Counted from the stretch's first letter, positions 1 to 14,796 are shown. The stretch: DNA of 64,000 nt from Octopus sinensis (GCF_006345805.1 NC_043018.1:22506001-22570000); one strand, 5' to 3'. A program made the numbers and translations. The notes: generated by a model from the sequence alone, not told the origin.

Positions 1-499
1 CCCATACAATGACAAAACTCCCCCCTCTATACCCAATTTACACCCACATAGCAATCCCAATATATTCATCCATACATGGACGCACGTGCGTGAAGCACAT
101 GCCACACAATAAATACGTACAACATCCAATAACACTCTATCATACGTATCAAGCTCGACATCCACAGCAATACGCTTACACCCACTCACACCCGAGGGTG
201 AATTGCACAACCAGTGAACGCACACACACACGTTGCGTATTTTGATTGTGTGCAACTCGCCCATATGCATGTATGCGGGCGCGATTACATGTTGTTGCAC
301 ATATCGAGCCCAACTAGCATGCATATGTACATGTGAGGGGGTACACGTACATGCCGTGCGCGTTGACCCCCTGCATTTGTACCCGTGCGTGTATATTACA
401 CATGGAGACTACCACACAGGTACAAATGTGTATAGTAATGGGAGCCCCATCACTACACTCAATGTATACTCTCACCCATCCGCACGGATTGAAAGCGAA

Positions 500-2909
500 T
501 CTCCGGTGTATATGTTGAGGCTTATATGTAGCGCTGTGGAGTTGGACGTCGTTGAAATTGTGAATGAATGGGTGGAGTGGGAATTGTAACCGGGTGGTGG
601 GCTAGCGTTGCTTGGAATTGGGAATGGAATAGTAGTAGTAAAGCAGGCATCGAGAATAGATTTGGGTTACTGTAAGTTGTTTGTTAGAGCTGCTAAGATG
701 AGCTAAAGCTCATAATTGTATATAATAATTTATTATGGTAGTTTATTAAAGAATCCATTCATAATAAATTTTTTTAAGTAGTGTTGGTTTGCCACGTGGA
801 TATAGTTTTTAGTTCCATTTATTCTGTTTCTCCATTCATAATTTTAAATGACGTTTACTTTCCATGGCGCGTATTCTTTTTTACATAAGTTATATTTCTA
901 TGGTAACGTAATTTTGGTTTGGTTTTTTTAACGGCTAAGAATTTAATTTCACTTCATAATTGAAACCGACTTGTAAGTATGTATTTTATTTCTCCTTATG
1001 TCATAGTGTTATTTTGATATTCTGGTTAATTACGATGTATTTAATGTTTTTTTATTGGAGTGTTTATGTATATGAGATTGTGTGTGAGTTTTTAGTTGTA
1101 TAATTTATTTATCTGTATGAGTGTGGGTGTGTAAATATTGTTGTATATATCGAGTTTAGTGAGTATGTATATGCGTATATGTGAGGGAGTATATGTATCT
1201 GTTGTGTGTGTGTGTTTGTCTCGTGTGTGTGTGCGTGTGTGTGAATGTGTATATGGGTTTGTTATTTAGTTTTGGGGTATGTGTTAATTTGTCTGTGTGG
1301 GAGGGGAGGAGTGGGTTTTTGGTGTATATTGAGGTTTATAATTAGTAGGTATGTGTATAAGTCGTGGGTCTTTGGTTTACGTGTGTGTTTTTGTGTGTGA
1401 ATGTTTAGGTTAGGGGGAATTGCTATATAGGTTGTTATAGAGTTTAGCAAAGGGAGATTTTATCGTTATATGTTTTTAAGAGTTTTGTTTATCATGGTTT
1501 TTTTAGGGAATTCGTGGTTACTTTGTCTATTTCGATGTTGGTTGTTTTATTACATTGTTTCCTCATAAGTTTTGAGTGGTGTTCGTTTTGCCACGTGAAT
1601 ATTATTTTAATCCATTTATTCCATTTCTCCATTCATTATTTTAAAAGATGTTCGTTCCAGAGCGGTTATACTTTTTTATACATATGTTAAGTTCCTGGTA
1701 AAGTAATTTTGTTTGGTGTATATGTTGAGGCTTATATGTACTTGTGGGTGTGTGTGAGTGGGTGGGTGTTTGTATTTGTTATGGGTGTGTGGTTACGTGT
1801 GTGTATTGTGTGTGAATGTATAGGTTAAAGGGATTGCTATATAAGTATGTTATAGTGTTTAGTAAAGTGAGGTTTTCTCATTTATGTTTTGTGAGTTTTA
1901 GCTTTCATGGTAGTTTTATAAAAGAATCCATTCATAATTTGTGTTTATTGTCTGTGTGGGGTTGAGTGGGTTTTTGGAGTATAATGTTGAGGTTTATATG
2001 TATGTATAGGTATGTAAGTGGTGTGGGTATTTGTATATGTCGTGGGTGTGTGGTTTACGTGTGTGTATTTGTGTGTGAAGTTAGGTTGGTTAGGGATTGC
2101 TATATAGGTATGTTATAGGTTTAGTAAAGGGAGATTTTATCATTATATGTTTTTATGAGTTTTGGTTATCATGGTAGGTTTGTTAAGGAATCGTAGTAAT
2201 TTGTGTCTATTTGCGATGTCTGTTGTTTATTGCATTGTTTCATTCATATTTTAAGTAGTGTTCGTTTTACCAGTGAATATAATTTTAATTCCATTATTCC
2301 ATTCTCCGTTCATAATTTTAAGTGATGTCCGTTTTCTAGAGCGTGAATGTGGGTTGTATGTGTGTGTGTGTGTGAGTATGAATACGTATTGTGTTGAAGT
2401 ATTTAGCTATTTTATTTATTTATAGTTGCCTAGACGTTTTTATGTGTATGTATAGGGATATATATATAGGGGTGTGTGATTTAGTGTATGTAGTTAGATA
2501 TGGTTATATATAATTAGGTATATGTGTTGGGTGTATATATAGTTTATTTATTATATTATTATTATTTTTTGTTTGTTTTTATTTATATTTTATATTTTAT
2601 ATTTTATATTTTATATTTAATTGTTGATAGGTTATTTTAGTCTATATATTGTTTATATATTGATTATATATGGATTATAATAGGTTATATATGGATTATA
2701 TATTTATATTTTTTCATTCATACTTTAATTATTTTAAAATTATTATTTTTATATTTTAAAATATTGATATTTTAGATTGGAAGTCCACCTGAAGATTGTC
2801 GATCAAGACAAGAACCAATTGTAGTGGGGTTTTTTGACTATTTATTAAAATTTTATGTATTGATTAAGTCTTTCCTTGTTTGTTTTGCAAAATAGTGGTT
2901 TTGTCTCTA

Positions 2910-2915
<6 letters not shown>
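500..2915 (+). mobile_element. Degenerate tandemly duplicated G/T-rich Penelope-like element ending in an HHR-bearing pLTR next to (TA)n
   Basis: Internal blocks recur (about 1321, 1716, 1975); 2840-2915 is nearly identical to the reverse complement of about 42883-42955. Confidence 0.55.
2785..2827 (+). ncRNA. Minimal hammerhead of the 42969 family, GAAA mutated to GAAC
   Basis: ccac ctgaaga ttgtc gatcaa gacaa gaac caattg ta gtgg; one core A is substituted. Confidence 0.65.
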
Positions 2916-2998
<83 letters not shown>

Positions 2999-3596
2999 CA
3001 TATATATATACATATATATATATAGCTCATATATATTATATTATATACATACATATATATATACATACATATATATATATGTATATATACACACATATAT
3101 ACATGTTTAGTATTTATTTTGCTTAATACAATGTAGGATATTTGCAGGAAGCGGTGTGAGATATAAAATAGAACAAGTTCTAGATGGAAAGATAGTTGCC
3201 TGAGTGTGGTGTGTGTGTATATATATATATATATGATATTATATATATATTATATATTATATATATATATATATACTTATATAGAGAGAGATAGACATGG
3301 AAAGAGGGTATATTATATATATATATATATATGAAGAGAAAGCTCTTTGATGTAACAGCTTAACTCCTACTTAGTGTTATACTTAGAAGAAAGACGATAA
3401 AAAAATTAAATGTTGAATAGAAAAGAACAGATCAAAATAAGAATAATTACAAAAACGAAATAATTGTAATAACAAGAGAAACATGAAAGAAAATTTACCG
3501 CAAAAAAAAGAAAAGCAAAAATGAAACGAATGCGAAATGAAATAACACCGATGTTGAACAAAAAGTAGATGATATATATAGCAGCAGTCCTATTTT

Positions 3597-3644
<48 letters not shown>

Positions 3645-4892
3645 CTACTACTACTACTACTACTACTAAAAATAGTAGTAATTGTATTAACAACACAAAC
3701 AACAATAATATTAATAGCATTTTCTATCATACGCATAAGGCCTGAAACTTTGTGGGAGGAGGCTAACGGCTAATCGATATCATCGACCCCGGTTACTGAC
3801 TGGTACTTATTTCATCAACCCCGAAAGGGCGAAGAGAAAGGCAAAGTCGACCTTGGAGGAATGTGAACTAAGAAGAGAATCTAATCGGTAAAATAACGAA
3901 ATATCTACATATCGTAATCACTTCAATACAGCTTTCATCGTGGACGATGTGTTTCGATTGGTAGTTCAGTTTCATCACTGAAATTATGGAATATCTCCAT
4001 ATAGTAGGTTTTTTTCAATACAACTTGTATCTTTACGCTGTATTTCGATTTGTAATGCAGTACCATCATTGAAATATTGAAATGTTTACATATCGTAGTC
4101 ACTTTAATACAGCTTTGAACGTGGACGCTGTGTTTCGATTGGTAATTCGGCATCACCAGCTTGAAATGTCTACATATCGTAGTCACTTTAATACAGCTTT
4201 GCTAGAAATGTTTATAATAAAGATGATAGAATCGTTAGCACACCGGGCAAACTGCCTAGCGGTATTCGCCCGTCTTCATGTTTTTAGTTCAAATTCAGCC
4301 GAGGTCGATTTGACCTTTCAGTACTCCTGGGCCAAAAAAATAAGTACCAATTGAGCGCTGGGGTCGATATAATTGACGTACTCTCTCGGCCTTGTGCCAA
4401 AATTTGGAGTCGATATGAAAGTGTACCTTAGTGTTAGTATTTGTGGTGGTGAAGGCAGAGCGAGATGTTAGTGGTCGTGGTTGTGGGTGGTGGTGGTTGT
4501 GGATGGTGATGGCTGTGGGTGTTGATGGTGGTGGCAGTGGTTAAGGGTGGTGGTTGTGAGTGGTGATGGTGGTGATGGTGGTTGTGGGTAGTGATGGTGG
4601 TTGTAGGTGGTGGTAGTGGGTGGTAGTAGTGGGTGGTGATGGTGGTAGCAGAGATGGTGGAAGTGGCGGTGGTGGTGGTGGTGGTGGTGGTGGTGGTGGC
4701 AGTGGTGGTGGCGGCGGTATTGCCAGTGGTGGCTAGTATTGCTTGTGCTGTCCTAGCCGTGGTAAGACGTTTTAATGTTCGCTGGAATTTTTTCCTACCA
4801 TGCCTGTAGCAAATTTGCGGCTATTCTGTGGCACAGAGGTATTTGTGACTTCTACTTTTAGCGATGTAGGTGGTCATGTAGTGCCCTCTCGA

Positions 4893-4924
<32 letters not shown>

Positions 4925-6049
4925 CTTCTTGACTGAAGATTGAAGGCTTCGAATGTCCCATCCGTGTTTTTTGTATCGTCTTCTAAATGTTTTACGTTCT
5001 TGTCCCAGTTTATATTTTTCTACATATAATATATATAGCGACGCCCGTACCCTCTTTGGCCTTGTATGTAAGTACGTATTCCTTTAAATTTGGTACGACT
5101 CTATAACACTGTCTCTCTCTCCTACATTTCTCTGCCTTTCACACTTTGCACTCTACTTTGATCTGTCTCTTTCTCTCTCTCTACTTCTCCTCCTCCCTTT
5201 CTCTTTTCTTGCCTCTGATTCTTTGGTCTCCTCTTCCCCCACTCTCTCACATTTCTTTGTCTTTCTCACTTTGCACCTCACTGATTCTGTCGCCAAGCCA
5301 ATCTTTGGCACGCTCTCTTTCTTCTCCCCTCTTTAATTCCTTCTTTTTCTCTCTTCTCCCCCTTTTGGTGCCTTCGTCCCTCTTTTTTTCTCTCTCTCCC
5401 TTTGATTCCTTTGCCCTATTTTTTTTATCTCTCTTCTCCTCTCACGTGACCGCTGGTCAACCAGCCTTTCGGCTTCTAACCAGCGCCACGAGAACATCGT
5501 TTTCTTCGTCTGCCGAAAAAGGCATTTTTTTCTAAATACGCCAGCTAAGCTAAGTTGTACTGTCTATAGTCGTAAGACACCCGCTGTTTTTGTCCTGTTA
5601 TTACTATTATTGTCTTTCGTATTTATATTCATGTGGCATCGTCCGTTTTTCTGTCCTTGTTTCGTATACATTCGATCCTTTTTCCAAGAAATCTAATGCT
5701 CGTAGCTTAGTTTTTCCTTGGGGCTGGCCGGATCGGAGCGATCTCAAGATTAATCAGCCGAAATTGCGAGGATGATCCGGTTCTTGACTGAAGATTGTGT
5801 TTTTTGTATCGTCCGTGTTTTTTGTATCGTCTTCTAAATGTTTTACGTTCTTGTCCCAGTTTGTATCTTTCTACACATAATATATATATATATATTATAT
5901 ATATATATATTATAAGTTAGGGTATCTAAGAGATACCTCTACGCTGGAAATAGCAGCCAAAACTTGACTCTAAAACCACATTAAATGTTCATAGAGCACC
6001 AGGAGAGAAGACAAAAGGACAAAATAAACTAGCCATTATATATATATAT

Positions 6050-7314
6050 CGTCACCATCAGTATCATCCTCATCTTCATCATCGTCGTCGTCATCATCAT
6101 CATCATCATTTTTTATAGTTGGCTAAATCGATCTCGCCATCACCCAGAGCAACATTTTCCACATCTTAGTCGAAACCACCACCACCACCTCCCTGTCTCC
6201 TGAAACTCCCCGTCTCCATCCGCCATTTTCAGTCATAATTTCATCTGCAACTGTAACCTGCCCCATTAACCCCCTCATATAAAACACCACCATCACCATT
6301 ACCGCCATAATTCACTACCAGCATCACTATCACCCTCACCACCGGCATCACATTCATCCTCATCAGCACAACCACCACCATCACCACTACCACCACCATG
6401 GGCAATGCTGTCACAATTACCACCAACACCACCATCATCATCACCATTGCTATTAACACCAACACCTCCACACTAACCCCACCACCATCATCCCCACCAA
6501 CATCACTACCATCAGCGTCATCACCGTCGGGACCATCATCATCATCACCATCGCCATCAAAACAAACCACTATCATCACCATCATCATCATCATCATCAT
6601 CATTATCATCATAACCACCCCTGCCACCACCACCACCACCACCACCACTACCTTCACAATCATCGGCAGCATCGCTACTACTACAACCACCTCTGCCAAA
6701 TTTATCGCCCCGCTCTCTCTCAGTCTCTCACTCTTTCTCTCCTCTCCCTCCCACCTCTCTCTCTCTCTCTCTCACTTCGTGTTCTTCCACACTTCTCCTC
6801 TCCTTTCGTCTTTTTCAACTCTTCTTTCTCGGCCCTTCCTTATATTTCTCTCCTCCTCCCCATTTCTCTTTCTCTTATTCGTTTTCTCCTCCCCTCCTCC
6901 TTCCTCCTCCTCCTCCTTCTTCTTCTTCTTCTTCTTCTTCTTATCCTCCTCCCCCACCTCCTCCTCCTCTGTTTTCCACTTCTCCTCGCATTCCTCGTCC
7001 TCCTCGTCGTCGCCTTCTTTTTGTTGTTCTTCTCCTTCCTCTTCCTTCTTTTTCTTCCTTTTTCTCCCCTCCTCCGCCCCCCTCCTTCTTCTCCCCCCTT
7101 CTTACTCTCAAATATCCACTCAGAATGTTTCTTCTTCGCCCCGCCGCAATTTCTCACTTCCCGTTTCACTGTGCAAACCTACGACCTTTATAGTAGTTCC
7201 GCCGCCACCGCCACCGCCACCGCCACCGCCGCCGCCACCGCCACCGCTCATTCAAAGTGTAACACACACACCACTGAAGGCCACAAAGTAACACAACAAA
7301 CATTTGCCGCCGCC

Positions 7315-7345
<31 letters not shown>

Positions 7346-7900
7346 CCACCACCACCACCACCACCACCACCGATTCCATCGCCAGCAACAAGAATAACAG
7401 AAACATTACTGCCGGCATCAGGAACGAAGCTACCAACATCACTTTCTATATAACATCAATATCACCACTTACGTCTAACTGCTTACATTATTATAAGAAA
7501 TTAAGGCAGAAACTATTATTATTATTATTATTATTATTATCATTGGTGTTGTTGTTCGCATACTTTGTATACTATGTAATACAGGTATGTAATCTTACAC
7601 TCTTTCCCCCTTTTCATTCCCCACCCGCACCCCTCCGCCTCTTGTTTATAATCGTCCACAATTTGTAAACTGTCCTTGTAATGTTCCCCCCCCCCCACTT
7701 CAGCCGATGCCCCTGTGGCAAATAAAAAGAAAATCATCATCATCATCATAGTCGTCGTCGTCGTCATCATCATCATCATCATCATTATTTATCGAAATTT
7801 CTGTCATCATTATCCTCAATATCCTGCACATCATCATCATCGCCATCATCGTCATCGTCGTCGTCATCGTCGTAATCTTCGTCGTTCTTCATCGAAAATT
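6050..7900. repeat. Compound trinucleotide low-complexity block (CAT/CAC/TCC/CCG/TTA/CGT)
   Basis: Direct reading of the sequence. Confidence 0.9.
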
Positions 7901-8546
7901 AGTCGTTGTTTTTGGTTTAGTAATGCAAATTTCTAAATAGAACGAAAGCCAAAAAGTTCAACGCTGAAAAGCCGGGGCGTTGAAAAATGGCCGACGTGTC
8001 GGTAAAATTATCTCCCGTAAAAATCGACATACGAAAACGAGGTTTCATATAGCCGCAAAAACAAAAAGCAATCAAAACTGGATAGACTTTAAGAGAATAA
8101 AAATTGCTTTTGATAACCTTCCATAGCCAAGAGTAAAAACAGAGAAAGCTAATTCTACATAGGAACTGCGTAAATAGGGAAAAGAGGTGCATTTAAAGGC
8201 AACATCGTGTTAGTTGTAATGAATTACTGCTTGTGCACGAAACAATCAAGGCCTATGAAAATAATTACATACCCTTCGGCAAAGCTGACATTTTTGTTTG
8301 CCGTTTCTTTTTCTTGTGTTTATAGTTTATTTGTGTTCTTTTCGGCTTTTCGAAATATTACGATTGGATTCATTTCGTCAAATATTTACCGGAAGTAAAG
8401 AATTATACGCGTGTCTCTCTCTCGGGAGAAATTTGTCCATTCACCCCCATTCGCCGACGAGGTGAATCATACAGAATTTGTTTTCTCCTACCTCTCACTT
8501 TCTTTCACCCTTTTTCTCTCAATCTCATGTATCTATATTTTTACTT

Positions 8547-8577
<31 letters not shown>

Positions 8578-8599
8578 CCTACCTACCTACCTACCTACA

Positions 8600-8676
<77 letters not shown>

Positions 8677-8955
8677 ATCTATCTTTCAATCCATATGTAT
8701 GCATGTACATATGCATCTCTCTCTTTCTCTGCACACACACACATATATATATATATACAAACTCATGTATATATATATACACACACATGTATGACCAAAA
8801 ATAGAGACATTTATATATATATACATACAACGTTGTACGAACATAATGTTTATACCACATTTGTGCAGAGACCTATCCATGTTTACCCCCGTCTCTCTCT
8901 CTCTTTCTCTCTCTCTTGTCTCTCCCTCTCTGCATCCCTCACTCACACTCAATCT

Positions 8956-9008
<53 letters not shown>

Positions 9009-9603
9009 ATATCATACACACATACATGCATGCATATATATATATGTACACGTACACACACACAAAGACACATATATCTGTGTATATTTATACAAGAAAC
9101 TTTGTATTGTAACCAAAGGATGCGTTCTAGTGTTGACACCGCACACCATTTTTCACAAACATACACACATGTGAATATATGTAACATGTGACCCACTACA
9201 ACATGGTGCATTGTAAGTCCGACGGTTACTAAACCGGCAACCCGACGAAGCTTGCTCAGTAAGGGCGTGGGCTTTTGTTGGACAATCCCGCAGGAATTTA
9301 AACGAACCATGTTAAAGAGTGGATAAACTTTATTGAATCAACGGTCATCCAACATAGTTAAAACTGCTGGAAGTGATGGACCTCTAATTGGGGCGCTGCA
9401 GCCATACAACGTATCTAGGGAGAGAAAGCCTGGTGGAGCCCATCCCTCTCCAGGCTAAAGTCATTTCTACAGTCAAGTGCACTGGAGTAAACGTGAAATG
9501 AAGTGTTTTGCTCAAGAACACAAATGATCGCCTGGTCCAGGAATCGAAACCACAATCTTACGGTCGTAAATACAACACCCTTACCACTTAGCTATATAAA
9601 GAG

Positions 9604-9661
<58 letters not shown>

Positions 9662-10235
9662 TACTCATTTCTACAGCTGAGTGAACTGGAGCAACGTGAA
9701 GCGAATTGTTTTGTTCAAGAACGCAATGCATCGCCCAGTTCAGGAATCGAAACCACAATCTTACGATCACGAGTTCAACCCTTTAACCACTCATCTACGA
9801 GCTTCCACATGCATGTTGTACGAGCGTTTATCACTATACCTCAGTGACGTACAGATGTCTATTTATTTTGATGTCTTTTGTCATGTCATCTACTGAGAAC
9901 GATATAGCGATGGAAGAGTGGCGACGTGCGCGGAAGCAGAAAACATTTCAAAGCTGGACCGAGGAACTCCTTCTTCCTGACCAATCTAGTGGAAATTGCA
10001 GCTTTTGTCAAACGCCTTCGCTTCAAACCATGAAGGTCTGCTGCGAAACTGGACATGGATGGAAAGTCAGAAGGCAATTGACAATGAAGCAGCACAAGGA
10101 GACGCAATTTATCCGGGATTCTGGAACAATCAACATATATGTATATTTATGTGTGTATGTGTATGTGAGTAGTGTGTATGTGTGTATGCATTATGCATAT
10201 ATATGCGTGTTCGTGGTGTGTGTATGTGTGCGTTT

Positions 10236-10287
<52 letters not shown>

Positions 10288-10339
10288 GATGTATATATAT
10301 ATGTATATATATATATTTCTCTTTTTCTTTGGTGCAAAT

Positions 10340-10712
10340 GACTTGTTTTAGTTATTTGACTGCGGCCATGCTGGAGCACCGTCTTTAGTCGAGCAAATCG
10401 ACCCCAGTACTTATTCTTCTTAAGCCTAGTACTTATTCTATCGGTTTCTTTTGCTGAACCGGTAAGTTACGGGGAAAATAAACACACCACTATCGGTTGT
10501 TAAGTGGTGTTGGGGGACAAACACAGACACACAAACATACACACACACACATGCACACACACACACACATATATATATATATACATATATACGACGGGCT
10601 TCTTTCAGTTTCCGTCTACCAAATCCACTCAAAAGGTTTTGGCCAGCCCGAGGCTGTAGTAGAAGACACTTGCCCAAGGTGCCCCGCAGTGGGAATGAAC
10701 CCAGAACTTTGC
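10340..10712 (-). mobile_element. SINE family A
   Basis: Family body and tail. Further partial copies near 11022, 12870, 23915, 34770, 35440, 50305, 51575, 52340 and 55490. Confidence 0.8.
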
Positions 10713-11179
10713 AAAACCACAAAGAGAAGAGTAGATATTGCAGTATCAATTGATTTCGCTGTCTATGCAGAATGGCGCTTCAAATTCATCAGCTAGACTT
10801 ACTACGTAAACTATTTTAAAAATATTTCTACCATTCTAATAGGGCGCAAGTCCAGGTGTTTGTATGTCGTCTCAAATAAAGAATTTTATTCGATTTCAGA
10901 ATTAAGGACCTCGCTATTGGAATGGGCACAAGTGACATCAAACATCGAGGCTGTGAGTGCGTGAGTGTATACGTGTGTGTGTTCGCGCGAATGTATGAAT
11001 ATATACGTATCATATATATATATAGCGGTTCGGCAAAAGAGACCGATAGAATAAGTACTGGGCTTACAAAGAATAAGTCCCGGGGTCGATTTGCTCGACT
11101 AAAGGCGGTGCTCCAGCATGGCCGCAGTCAAATGACTGAAACAAGTAAAAGAGTAAAAGAGTAAAAGAGTATATATATA

Positions 11180-11601
11180 TTGTTATATTTCGGAATGGTC
11201 ATTTTGCCAGTTTAGCCAATAAAAAACACACGTACTATATATTTGGTGTTATTTTGCTTCAGTGTTATTTATTTTTTACATTAATCTGAATCTTATTTCG
11301 GCCAGAGTTCTTTCGTCACACTCCTGTGACCGCATCAGTGGTCCTTTGTTTTCTTCTCACTTACTTGTGTCTCTCCTTACTAACCGTCAAAAATGGCTGA
11401 CGGTTAGTAAGAAGAGACGCAAATAAGAAAGAAGAAAACAAAGGACCACTGATGCGGTCACAGGAGTGTGACGAAAGAACTCTGGCCGAAATAGATTAAG
11501 ATTAATGTAAAAAATAAATAACACTGAAGCAAAATAACACCAAATATATAGTGCGTGTGTTTTTTATTGGCTAAACTGGCAAAATGACCATTCCGAAATA
11601 T

Positions 11602-11606
<5 letters not shown>
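11180..11606. repeat. Near-perfect ~427-bp palindrome in (TA)n, each arm carrying an HHR-like motif
   Basis: Arms are reverse complements around a centre at about 11393; HHR-like motifs at 11302-11341 (-) and 11446-11485 (+). Confidence 0.92.
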
Positions 11607-11647
<41 letters not shown>

Positions 11648-11681
11648 TATACATGCATGAATATACACAGTAACACACACA

Positions 11682-11713
<32 letters not shown>

Positions 11714-12394
11714 GTATAATAACATAATGCGTTCAAAATAATTTTTCCATCGTCTCGGCTTAACAGACCTCATCGTTTGTTCTTACTTTGTTATTCTCTT
11801 TGTTCTGTCTTTTACTGTTTTTACTTTTATTGTTTTTACTATCTTGTTTTGTTTTTACTGTTCTGTTCTTGTTACCACTTTTACCCCTCCGCAAAAAAAT
11901 CCCAAATTCTATTTAATTTGCTTTGCAAGAAAGACTGTTTCAACGAATTCACGTCTTGTCCTTATCTTCGGAAAGCGGAGTAGACGAAACAGAGACAACT
12001 GAAGAAGGGGAATATTCCTTGTGTTGTATACCTTGTACTCTGTTTTTTCGTTGCTTGAAAAAAAGTTCGTTTCCATGTTTTTGTTTTTATGTTTTCGTTT
12101 CTCATTGTGTCCAACGTTTTTTTGATGTCCTGTACCAATATATGCATGTATATATACATATAGATGTAGGTAGGTACATATGTATGTATATATGCATATA
12201 GTTATATATCATTTATGTTATTATATGACCGAACGCCAGGCATCCTTTTCCAGGTAAGTTTTATATATATACACATATATATTCATACATTGACGAACAT
12301 ACATACTGCGTGTCTGTATGTGTGTGTGAGTGAATGTATGAATATATACGCATCATACACACACACACACACGTATCCATATACTCTTTGCTCT

Positions 12395-12797
12395 CTCTTT
12401 TTACTCTTTTACTTGTTTCAGTATTTCGACTGCGGCCATGCTGGAGCACCGCCTTTAGTCGAGCAACTCGACCCCGGGACTTATTCTTTTGTAAACCCAG
12501 TACTTATTCTATCGGTCTCTTGTGCCGAACCGCTAAGTAACGGGTACATAAACACACCAGCATCGGTTGTCAAGCAATGCTAGGGGGACAAACACAGACA
12601 CAAACACACACACGCATACATATATATACATATATACAAAGGGCTTCTTTCAGTTTCCGTCTACCAAATCCACTCACAAGGCTTTGGTCGGCCCGAGGCT
12701 ATAGTAGAAGACACTTGCCCAAGGTGCCACGCAGTGTGACTGAACTCTGAAGCATGTGGTTGGTAAACAAGCTACTTACCACACAGCCACTCCTGCT
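12395..12797 (-). mobile_element. tRNA-derived SINE family A, full-length
   Basis: Head GCAGGAGTGGCTGTGTGG, internal (TA)/(TG) tract, tail CAGTC..ATACTGAAACAAGTAAAAGAG; many copies in the window. Confidence 0.88.
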
Positions 12798-13800
12798 ATA
12801 TCGTTTTTTATATTTGGTTTGCAAGATTCTTTATGTGGATTCGTGTGTTGAAGCATATACGATATTACTCTTTTAACTCCTTTACTCGTTTCAGTCATTT
12901 GACTGCGGCCATGCTGGAGATCCTCCTTTAGTCGACCAAATCAATTCCAGGACTTATTCTTTGTACGCCTAGTACTTATTCTATCGGTCTATCTTGCCCA
13001 ACCGCTAAGATACGGGGTAGACACAGCACCACCGGTTGTCAAATGATGTTGGGGGGACAAACACAGACACACAAACACATATATATATACATATATACGA
13101 TAGGCTTCTTTCAATTTCCATCTACCAAATTCATTCACAAGGCTTTGGTGGGCCCGAAGCGATAGTAGAAAACACTTACCTACAGTGCCTCGCAGTGGGA
13201 CTGAAACCGGAACCATGTGGATAGTATGCAAGCTATTTATTATACAGCCAGAGTAATTCTGTTTTAATGCTTTATTAATTAACACTCTCACCGCTTCAAT
13301 TTCCAATTTATTATTTTTTGTTCGTAAAATGTTCGTCGCTTCATGGATCGTCCCCAAAAGTTGTTGACTCTGTCCGTTGTCGGCGCTGGGTTCTTTTTTG
13401 TTTGTTAGTTGTGCGCACGTGTGTGCGTCAGTGTGAATGTGTATACATAAATGTATGTATGTACGTGTGCGTGTGTCTATCCATATATATATATATATAT
13501 ATATATGGACGTGTGTGTACATTTGTATATATGTATTCTGCATATTCACGTGTTTATGTGTGCATGTTTGAGTGTTTGTATGTATATGTGTGTGTATTTG
13601 TGTGTGTGTGCTTGTCTGTCCGTATTACCTATGTACCTGTCTATCTACTATCTATCGGTTGGCGTACATATCCATTCCCCTACCTATATATATATATATT
13701 CGCTCGCTACACAATAGCCTAATATATATATAATATATATATATATATATTATATATATATATATATTATATATATGATTATATATATGTATATACATAC

Positions 13801-13831
<31 letters not shown>

Positions 13832-14796
13832 ATATATACATATATATAAATGTATGTATATATAACATATATATATTATATATATGAATATATATATTAA
13901 TGTATATATATATATACATATATATATATATGTGTATACATATAAAGCTCTCTATATATGTATACATGCATACATACATAGATGGTACACATATATGTGA
14001 GCGTGCGTGCGTGCGTGCGTGCGTGTGTGTGTGTGTGTGTGTGTGTGTCGATGTGTACGTTCATACATTCATGCATCCAAAGACACACACACGGACACAC
14101 AGGCACGCAGACACACAGACAGATACACACTAACACTCACTCAAGTATTTGCGCGCGCGCGCGAAAATATACAATGTCCCTCTCTCTCTCTCTCTCTCGT
14201 ATATATGTGTGTGAGTGAGTGTCCGTGTTTGTGTGTGCGTGAGCGTGTGTGTGTGTGTGTGTGTGCGGATTTTGTATGCATGTACGCATATATGTATTCA
14301 TGTGTAATCGTGATGTTGTAGTTACGGCAGCGAATGTATATAAAGTGACACTAATGGATTTGATAATGACAGATAGAAATACTTAAAATGGTCGTTACAT
14401 TGGCATTATTTGTCAGTGATAAAAGTCAATCTCTACACAGCTGACTGGTCGCTCTCGACGAAAACTTCCGCTACGAGCCAATGGACTTCCGTTATATAAT
14501 ATAAACATTCAACGACACCTTTTTGTCTCCGTCTCATCCATTTCTCGTTACCCCTCTCTCTCTTTCTCTTTTTCTCTCTCAGTTTGTCTCAATTGTTGTC
14601 TTTCTCTGTCTCTATCTCTTTGTCAGCCACCCAATCTCTCTCATTTTCTCTCTTCCTCCCTCCACGTCTACCTTTTTATCTATATATCTCGCTATCTATC
14701 CACCTATCTATTTATCTATCATCTATCATCTATCTGTCTCTCTATATATATCTATATCTATCTGTCTGTCTGTCTGTCTGTCTGTCTTTCTGTCTG

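Noticed and set aside
4440-4740. (GGT)n tract with G-quadruplex potential
   Set aside because: Ordinary degenerate microsatellite; no supporting context.
5720-5800. GGCUG...CAGCC GAAA and ctgaaga motifs (also near 4930 and 53970)
   Set aside because: Core and stems cannot be assembled in the correct order; probably Penelope-related fragments only.
6398-7291. 297-aa ORF and overlapping ORFs
   Set aside because: Translations of trinucleotide and CT microsatellites; no domain or splice logic.
9844-10140. Coding-looking unique stretch
   Set aside because: No recognisable motif in any frame and no clear splice sites.
11960-12200. ctgaagaagggg motif family (inverted relative at about 45690-45930)
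   Set aside because: No GAAA or stem III after stem II; treated as an unclassified TE fragment.
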